A stretch of 64,000 nucleotides of DNA from Deltaproteobacteria bacterium (lineage in GTDB: Bacteria; Desulfobacterota; Dissulfuribacteria; Dissulfuribacterales; QOAL01). Location of the stretch: assembly GCA_026986785.1 (NCBI GenBank), contig JALSNW010000024.1, positions 30,223 to 94,222 of the forward strand, given 5' to 3'. Position numbers and translations under genes: made by a program. The notes under the pieces are model-generated. The model saw nothing but the letters and a program-made list of their open reading frames with translations, did not search any database and was not told the origin of the DNA. The number at the start of each line of letters is the position of its first letter. Position 1 is the first letter of the stretch. Of this stretch, positions 57,938 through 64,000 are shown piece after piece.

Positions 57938-59640
57938 TACCTCTTGCCTCCAAACTTTTTGTAATAAAGGATACACGGGGCCTCAGCTATGACCACAGAA
58001 AGCCCTTCTCTGGCCAACACTTCTTTGAATATCTCTATAGCATCCTTCTTCTTGTATGGATTGATCTTGTGTATGTCGTCTATGCCAAGCCCCCTGACCA
58101 CATTTTCTATAGGGATCCTGGGCTTGTCATATCCCGGCGGGCGTATCTCTATACCAGGATTGGGCTGATGGCCTGTCATGGCCGTGGTGCTGTTATCGAG
58201 TATTACCAGGCAGAAATCGTGTTGGTTGTGGTAGGCACTGGCCAGAGAAGAGATACCCGAATGAAAAAAGGTCGAATCCCCGATGAAAGAGATGATCTTA
58301 TGACTGGTTGACACGGAAAAACCAGCAGATGTACCTACACTCGAACCCATGCAAAGGAGATAATCTGCCATCTGAATCGGTGGCAAAAGCCCCAATGTAT
58401 AGCAACCGATGTCTGTGGGATAGATGGCCTTTTTCTCAAGGCCAAGCTCCTTGAGGGCTGTCTTGACAGCATTATACGTCTCTCTGTGGGGGCAACCCTT
58501 GCAAAGCACCGGGGGCCTCATGGGCAAGGTCGGCAGCCCGGACAGATCTGGTTGTGCAGCTCTTTCGAACTCTATTCCAGCAACGTCAGCAATAGCCCTT
58601 TTCACCATCAGTGGCTCGAATTCATACATCCTGGGAAAATGGCCGGAAGACTTTCCGAGCACAGAAACATCCAGACCGTGCCTCTTACAAAGAATATTGA
58701 TCTCGTCTTCCAAAAAGGGCTCCAATTCCTCGACCACGAGCACCTTTTTGGCATCCTTTAAAAAAGAGGCGATCGTCTTTTCTGGAAAAGGATATGGAAA
58801 TCCAAGCCTCAAAAAGGCCACATCACTGGCACAGTCAAGCTCCATCAATGCATCTTCCACATAGCAGATAGATACCCCTGAGGCCACTATGACCAAATCC
58901 GCCCCCTTGTTGGTCAAGATGTTAAAACCTGAGTCTTCGCTGAGGGAGCGGGCCTTTTCCACTTGGTCGAGCAGCACCTTGTGACGCAACCTGGCAACTG
59001 CAGGTACAGGCACCCACCTCTTGGGATCTTTTTCAAACTTTCCCTTCCTTTTCACATCCGTGGGCATGGGACCAAGCTCCACTGGCCCTCGTACATGGGA
59101 GATCCTTGTGGTGGTCCTCAGAATGACTGGCAGTCCCAATGCCTCAGAAAACCCAAATGCCGCAATCGTCATATCCTTGGCCTGCTGTGGAGAGGAAGGT
59201 TCGAGCATGGGCAGATTTGCAAACTTGGCAAAGCATCTATTGTCCTGTTCATTCTGGCTGGAGTGCATGGAAGGATCGTCTGCCGTAATGATAACCATTC
59301 CACCCTTTACCCCGACATAGGCCAAGGTCATGAGCACATCCGAGGCAACATTCATCCCTACGTGCTTCATACAGGTCAGGGAGCGGACTCCAGAGGCCGC
59401 CGCAGCGGCTGCCACCTCCATTGCCACCTTCTCATTGGTGGAAAATTCGAAATAAATGGGTGCATTTTCCTCCTGGGAGATGAAAAACAGATTGTTTCCT
59501 ATCTCTGACGAAGGAGTCCCTGGATAGGCTGCCGCAACGGCGCATCCTGCCTCGAGGGCTCCACGTACTATTGCCTCATTCCCCAGAAGGAGCATCTTCT
59601 TTCCGGTATCATCAGCCAATAAAGGGTGCATTCTATTCAA
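57937..59640 (-). CDS. iorA: Indolepyruvate:ferredoxin oxidoreductase alpha subunit (TPP enzyme), apparently without the usual C-terminal 2x[4Fe-4S] domain
   Basis: IorA-like N-terminus (LLGNEAIVRGALEAGCAVAAAYPGTPSSEI), the CKGCPHR motif and a TPP-binding region. No CxxCxxCxxxCP motif is seen before the stop. Confidence 0.75.
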   Translation of the reverse strand: MNRMHPLLADDTGKKMLLLGNEAIVRGALEAGCAVAAAYPGTPSSEIGNNLFFISQEENAPIYFEFSTNEKVAMEVAAAAAASGVRSLTCMKHVGMNVASDVLMTLAYVGVKGGMVIITADDPSMHSSQNEQDNRCFAKFANLPMLEPSSPQQAKDMTIAAFGFSEALGLPVILRTTTRISHVRGPVELGPMPTDVKRKGKFEKDPKRWVPVPAVARLRHKVLLDQVEKARSLSEDSGFNILTNKGADLVIVASGVSICYVEDALMELDCASDVAFLRLGFPYPFPEKTIASFLKDAKKVLVVEELEPFLEDEINILCKRHGLDVSVLGKSSGHFPRMYEFEPLMVKRAIADVAGIEFERAAQPDLSGLPTLPMRPPVLCKGCPHRETYNAVKTALKELGLEKKAIYPTDIGCYTLGLLPPIQMADYLLCMGSSVGTSAGFSVSTSHKIISFIGDSTFFHSGISSLASAYHNQHDFCLVILDNSTTAMTGHQPNPGIEIRPPGYDKPRIPIENVVRGLGIDDIHKINPYKKKDAIEIFKEVLAREGLSVVIAEAPCILYYKKFGGKR

Positions 59641-59663
59641 CTCCTGTTCAAAAGATATTTTTT

Positions 59664-60749
59664 TTATTCTGCAAGTTCTGACATCTTCACTACATCTGTA
59701 ACATCGAAGCCCGATCCATTCAGGATCTTTGCCCTTGAGGCATCGGTGCCAAAGAGCTGGTCTATCTCTATGGTCCCTTTCAACTGGCCCAGGCCAAATC
59801 CAAGAGACCTCTTGGTTATGGGATCGATTATCTCCTGGCCCCGGGCATAGACCTTCAACTTGTCCCCGGGCTGGAGGCCGGTAAGCCTTCCTGCATTCAG
59901 ATAGACATGACCATCTTCCACCTTGACTATCCTACACGACCACTCGGTCCCCCTTATGACATCCTTGGAGATCTTTTTGGCCACTTCTTGAAATTGTGCC
60001 ACAGTTGCAAGATAGGAACCTATCAACACGTTTTCGGTAGCATGAATGACATCGAGCCTCAGAGCAGACCTTTCGCCCTTGGCCACTGCTGTGTTCCCTT
60101 GGGGGAAATAGACGAAGATGTATGCCTGGATCCCGGCGATTGCCGCAATCTCACGCCTTACCGATGCCGAGGCAAGATCGGCAACCGAGAAGCCATGCTC
60201 CTTCAATAGTTCAGCAAGCTGGCCTGAATCCACAGGCACTATTCCATCGGTGCGCCTCAGGGCTGCGGGAAGGAGAGACAACACATCGAGTCCAAGATCT
60301 CCCAGCAACGATATCAAGACCACCTTTCTCCTGAGCACCGGTAGACCGTGACTGTCCACCTGCCTTTCAGGCAAACCTTTGAGCCTCTGCTCGAGCTTGG
60401 CAAGCCTTTCCTCAAGTTCCTTTTCTCTCTTGCTACTTCCAAAGAGCCTGATCTTACTGGTCGACCCCTGAGTCTTTCGAAAATATTCTGCTGTTACCCC
60501 AAAAGTAGGGTCAGAGATCACCTCTTCATCAAGCTCTGCAAGTTCCTGTTTATCTTGTTGTTTTTCCGAAACCTCCGTGTTTTTCCCTGCCTTTTCTTCC
60601 TGGCCTGTGTTTTCCCCAGCCATTCCTGCACAAGAAGTGAGTAAAAAAGAACAGAGAATCACTATGAGTACGACTTGAAATATAGCTTTGACCCCTGTTT
60701 TATCTCCTGGTTGAAGAACTATGCCCCGTCTGCCTCTTTTTCTATTCAT
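59664..60749 (-). CDS. Lipoprotein of unknown function
   Basis: Lipobox LLTSC, an acidic/coiled linker and two further domains. It is the first gene of a tightly packed unit with iorAB. Confidence 0.6.
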   Translation of the reverse strand: MNRKRGRRGIVLQPGDKTGVKAIFQVVLIVILCSFLLTSCAGMAGENTGQEEKAGKNTEVSEKQQDKQELAELDEEVISDPTFGVTAEYFRKTQGSTSKIRLFGSSKREKELEERLAKLEQRLKGLPERQVDSHGLPVLRRKVVLISLLGDLGLDVLSLLPAALRRTDGIVPVDSGQLAELLKEHGFSVADLASASVRREIAAIAGIQAYIFVYFPQGNTAVAKGERSALRLDVIHATENVLIGSYLATVAQFQEVAKKISKDVIRGTEWSCRIVKVEDGHVYLNAGRLTGLQPGDKLKVYARGQEIIDPITKRSLGFGLGQLKGTIEIDQLFGTDASRAKILNGSGFDVTDVVKMSELAE

Positions 60750-60863
60750 TATCAGATTAGCTCCATTGGCCTATGCCTGGTCCTTTTGGAAAGGGAAGAT
60801 TGATCGCCCTTAAAAAAATCGACCTAAGATTCGAGATTAAAAAAGGTTTTCCGAAACCTCAAA

Positions 60864-60892
60864 ACTATAGACTTACAGACCTTCAAGGTCAA
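60864..60892 (-). promoter_or_regulatory. Sigma-70 promoter candidate TTGACC-N17-TATAGT
   Basis: Read on the minus strand, about 115 nt upstream of the lipoprotein start at 60749. Confidence 0.5.
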
Positions 60893-60927
60893 GAAAACGA
60901 AAGGGGGCACCAAGGCACCCCCTTTCC
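60891..60927 (-). terminator. Rho-independent terminator after the beta-barrel gene
   Basis: The minus strand reads GAAAGGGGG-(10 nt)-CCCCCTTTC followed by GTTTTCTT, 23 nt after the stop at 60950. Confidence 0.6.
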
Positions 60928-60949
60928 AACAGTATGGGCAGGTACAACT

Positions 60950-63310
60950 CTAAAAGCTGTAACTCACATAGCCCATGAGCATCTGGGTGGTAGAGCCTTG
61001 ATCCCTATAGACATAGGGATCTTCATCGTCAAAGTAGTACAGGTAATAGTTGAGATTGAGCCCTATACCATTATCCATCTGATAGGAGGTGCCAATGCTG
61101 AAATCCACCTCCTTGTAGTCGAGATCCGAATATTTGTCCATGCCATTTAGGTAGGCCACGTCATAGAGGTGAGGCATGTCTGGATTGACTGCAGAGACAT
61201 CGAGATCGAGTTTTGCATCACCTGTTGGATACATACTGGCAAAATCCAGATCAGTGATATTTCCGTGTCCTATGGTGAAGGCCACATTGGTTGAGATATT
61301 CCATCTCGGCAGGATAGAATAGGCGATATTCGCATTGAGAGTATGTGCCTCAGTCCTGTAGTCCATATCTGTATGTTCCGAACCAAACTGGTCCGTTGTG
61401 ATAAAATTGCCTCACCCATCGTATATGGCTATACAATACTGGGAGTCATAGCTGTCATACATGTATGTATAGCCTGCCGACAGGACGAGATCCTTCACCG
61501 GCATGTATACGCCGCCAAGACCTGCCATAACCATATTCTGTTTCCAATCCCTGCCATCGACATCACTGTTCTTGGCATAGCGATATTTGACATGGAAATT
61601 GGTAGACAGGCTCTGCACTGGATGCCAATGGCTTTTGACCATGATCTCATGTACATATTCTGGCATATTGGAGCGGGCTGCTGTCCTTTCATCATAAATG
61701 GCTGGTGCATAGGCCCTTTCCACGTCGTAGAGGCCTGCAGGAAGCCCTGAATACACCCCGTAGCTTCCATCTGGCGTGCATTCGGCGTCTTTCAGTACAT
61801 AGGGGTCATCCACGTATTCGAATCTATAATCGAAATCGAATTTCAGGCTGTGATTCACATGCCAATCGCTGGCAAGACTCAACCTGTGCTCCTTGGTGGA
61901 TCTGGGCACATGGTGGTGTTGGTAATTATCCCTCTTCTCCCGCTGGAATTCGTAACCAAACTTGAACTTGAGTCCCCGGGTTATTCTCCACGTCAGGTCT
62001 GTTCCAACGAGGTAGGCATTACTATCATATCCTGATGGCCTGCTCTCCTCTTCCTCAAAGTAGGACCACCCGCTGTGATCGATATAGCCTTCAGCCAGGG
62101 TTACGGCCCCTCCTGGGGCCCCTGGAGGATTTGTCCTGACATTCTTTTTTATATCCACTGAATCGTTATTGAGGTCCTGATAACGTCCAAAGATATTGAA
62201 GGAAAATGCCCTGTTGACCTTACTGTGAAACTTGGCGTTTACAATATTGCTATGTAGATCTATCTCATCACCAAACTTGCCCATGAGGATATCATAGGCG
62301 CCATCCACAGTTTGATTGGTGTTCTGGGAATATATGTAATTTGCCGTAAAGGTATTGTGGGCATTGAGATCCCAACGTATCTTTCCTTTGAAGGAATCCT
62401 TGGTTGAGTCAGGGGTCCTGCTGAAGGGCAATTCACCCGTGGTATTGTCATACTGGAGCCTGTTCATGAACAGCTCTTTCCCCTTCAGACCGTTGTAGAC
62501 AATGGCCATGTCCTCATTTCTGGTATCAAACTCCCTGTGCATATAGGAAAACTCCATGGCAAGGGTACCGATTCTCAGGCTTGCCTTTGGAGAATAGTCG
62601 TTGGTGGTCTCATGGATGTTTTGAGAATCGGAAACGATGTGACATGCCAGACACTTGCTATTGCTCATCACCTGCTTGTCACCCTTTCGCTCCTCGAAAC
62701 GGTGGTTGAACGTGAGCTTGAGACCTGGTAACAGGGGGATGTTGAAATCCACTTTGTTCTTCCACTCGGCCCTGGCAATACCAAAAAATTTATCGGCTGC
62801 AAGATCCGTATGGTATACATTTGCCGATCCGATGGTCTTGCCACCCGAGATCCCGGCAAGATCAGGGCTGCTCCCCCAGTTCTTCCATCCCGTTGAGGCA
62901 GGGGGAAAGATATGGGCGTTTAGATTGTCCATATAGTCGTGATCCAACCGGTGATAAAAACGGCTGTAATCGGTCTTGAAATTGATCACCCTCTTGAGGG
63001 ATACCATGCCGGAATAGTCCTGTTCATATACGTCCCTATAAAGGGCATTGGCACTAAAGGCAAATCCATCCCTCATGGCCTCGATATTTCCACCGAGATA
63101 GCTGGTCCATCTCTTGTCGAAGAGTGAATTGTACTCTGGGCCACCCTTGGCGCCACTTTCCCTACTGTCCAGTTTCTCTGGTATGGCAGTGGCACCAACC
63201 TCGAGCTTTCCAGAATACCACTTTCCATCCTTTTCTGCGCAGACGACACCTGCCCCGGCAATTGCCAGTGCAAATATTGCCGTCAGTATAAATACTGTGA
63301 TTTTTCTCAT
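60950..63310 (-). pseudogene. MtrB/PioB-like outer-membrane beta-barrel, interrupted by one in-frame TGA (61412-61414)
   Basis: ORFs 61412..63310 and 60950..61366 are in the same frame, reading ...YDG-TGA-GNFITTDQFGSEHTDMDYR... There is a signal peptide at the N-terminus. Only the downstream piece ends in the typical barrel terminus (..YVSYSF). The sequence is alternating and aromatic-rich, and the gene lies next to an MtrA-like cytochrome. Confidence 0.65.
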
Positions 63311-63329
63311 GGGCTCATACCTCCTTGGC

Positions 63330-64000
63330 TTACCGGGTCAGCCCGTGTCCGCTTGTGACAGACTGGGATGTAAAATCAGATCCATGTACGTTGTGGTGAC
63401 ACTGGGTACATTTGGTCATAAACGACTTCTGGAAACCGTAGTTGGTCCCTGGAATGACCCTGCCATTGTCATATGGACTGCCTCCTCCTGGTATGCCGTG
63501 GGTTTCCAGACTAGATGCCCTCGCTGCGTGAAAATGGGCCTCGTGACACTGTAGGCAGAGGAACGGCTCCTGCTGCTGAAGCAGGTTGTTGGCCACTGTG
63601 CCATGGGGATCATGACAAATGAGGCAGTCTTCCACCACTGGATCATGCTCGAATACGAAGGGGCCTTGATAGCGGGTATGACATCTGAGACACAAGTCGT
63701 TTACACGCTCGTCGGTCCTAAGCATACCTTCCACCAGGCTCCCGCTTCCGTGGGGATTGTGGCAGTCAGAACAGGTCATCTTCCCTTCTTTTACCGGATG
63801 ATGGGACATGAGATACATCTGTGCGTTGACATCTGCGTGGCATTCTGCACACAGTTCCCTCTCTGGTACCTTGGCCAGTAGTGCCGTGTTGTTATTATGA
63901 TGGATCTTGTGACACGTGGTACATGCCACGTCCCTTTCGGCATGGGTGGAACCAGGCCAATTCATGTGTTCATCAATTTGATGACAGGTCGTACAGACAC
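63330..64000 (-). CDS. MtrA/DmsE-like periplasmic decaheme cytochrome c (5' end lies outside the window)
   Basis: Eight CXXCH motifs in the visible 223 codons. The frame stays open past 63965 to the window edge (..VCTTCHQIDEHMNW..). The C-terminal CTQCHHNVHGS is typical of the family. Confidence 0.8.
   Translation of the reverse strand, partial: VCTTCHQIDEHMNWPGSTHAERDVACTTCHKIHHNNNTALLAKVPERELCAECHADVNAQMYLMSHHPVKEGKMTCSDCHNPHGSGSLVEGMLRTDERVNDLCLRCHTRYQGPFVFEHDPVVEDCLICHDPHGTVANNLLQQQEPFLCLQCHEAHFHAARASSLETHGIPGGGSPYDNGRVIPGTNYGFQKSFMTKCTQCHHNVHGSDFTSQSVTSGHGLTR

Noticed and set aside
61412-61414. The in-frame TGA read as selenocysteine.
   Set aside because: I could not find a convincing SECIS-like stem-loop in the roughly 50 nt downstream by hand. 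An outer-membrane barrel strand is also an implausible site for Sec. It remains listed as something to test, not as a call.
1-64000. CRISPR arrays, integrases/transposases, toxin-antitoxin pairs and known defence-system genes.
   Set aside because: I saw none on either strand. The only tandem repeats are two-copy units of 13, 18 and 30 bp, which do not have CRISPR-like architecture.

Overview
Chromosomal segment of a Gram-negative anaerobe. Gene content (lpxI-type lipid A cluster, c7-type and MtrA-type multiheme cytochromes, indolepyruvate:ferredoxin oxidoreductase, sigma-54 promoters) suggests Desulfobacterota, but that is inference only. Most of the window is ordinary housekeeping: lpxC, era, rnc, panB, RNase P RNA, nif3, a long lipid A/outer-membrane operon (lolD-bamA-lpxD-fabZ-lpxA-lpxI-gfo-lpxB), rpoH, der, uppP, nagZ, mscL, a PhoU-like/PiT pair, pepF, acs, scpB and two tRNAs. 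No CRISPR array, intact mobile element, prophage or recognisable defence system is visible. The candidates most worth a second look are listed here. (1) At the right edge, an MtrA/MtrB-like porin-cytochrome module whose beta-barrel gene is split by one in-frame TGA and carries a CXXCH motif. (2) A membrane-tethered XRE-HTH regulator with an EF-hand-like periplasmic domain, a paralogous secreted partner, a dense GGACAT/AGACAT operator-like array and a divergent triheme cytochrome operon. (3) Two near-consensus sigma-54 promoters with upstream dyad or repeat elements, one before lpxC and one inside a 1-kb AT-rich gene desert upstream of an L,D-transpeptidase pair. (4) A diverged repeat family in that desert, with a third copy after yvlD. 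(5) A translationally coupled small zinc-ribbon protein plus RimK-like ATP-grasp ligase upstream of rnc-era. (6) A pentapeptide-repeat/K+-channel fusion in an operon with an HDOD protein. (7) Lesions that may be real or sequencing artefacts: a PiT frameshift in a G5 run and a 30-bp tandem duplication in era. All calls rest on reading the translations and the DNA by eye. No database search, HMM scoring or RNA folding was run.
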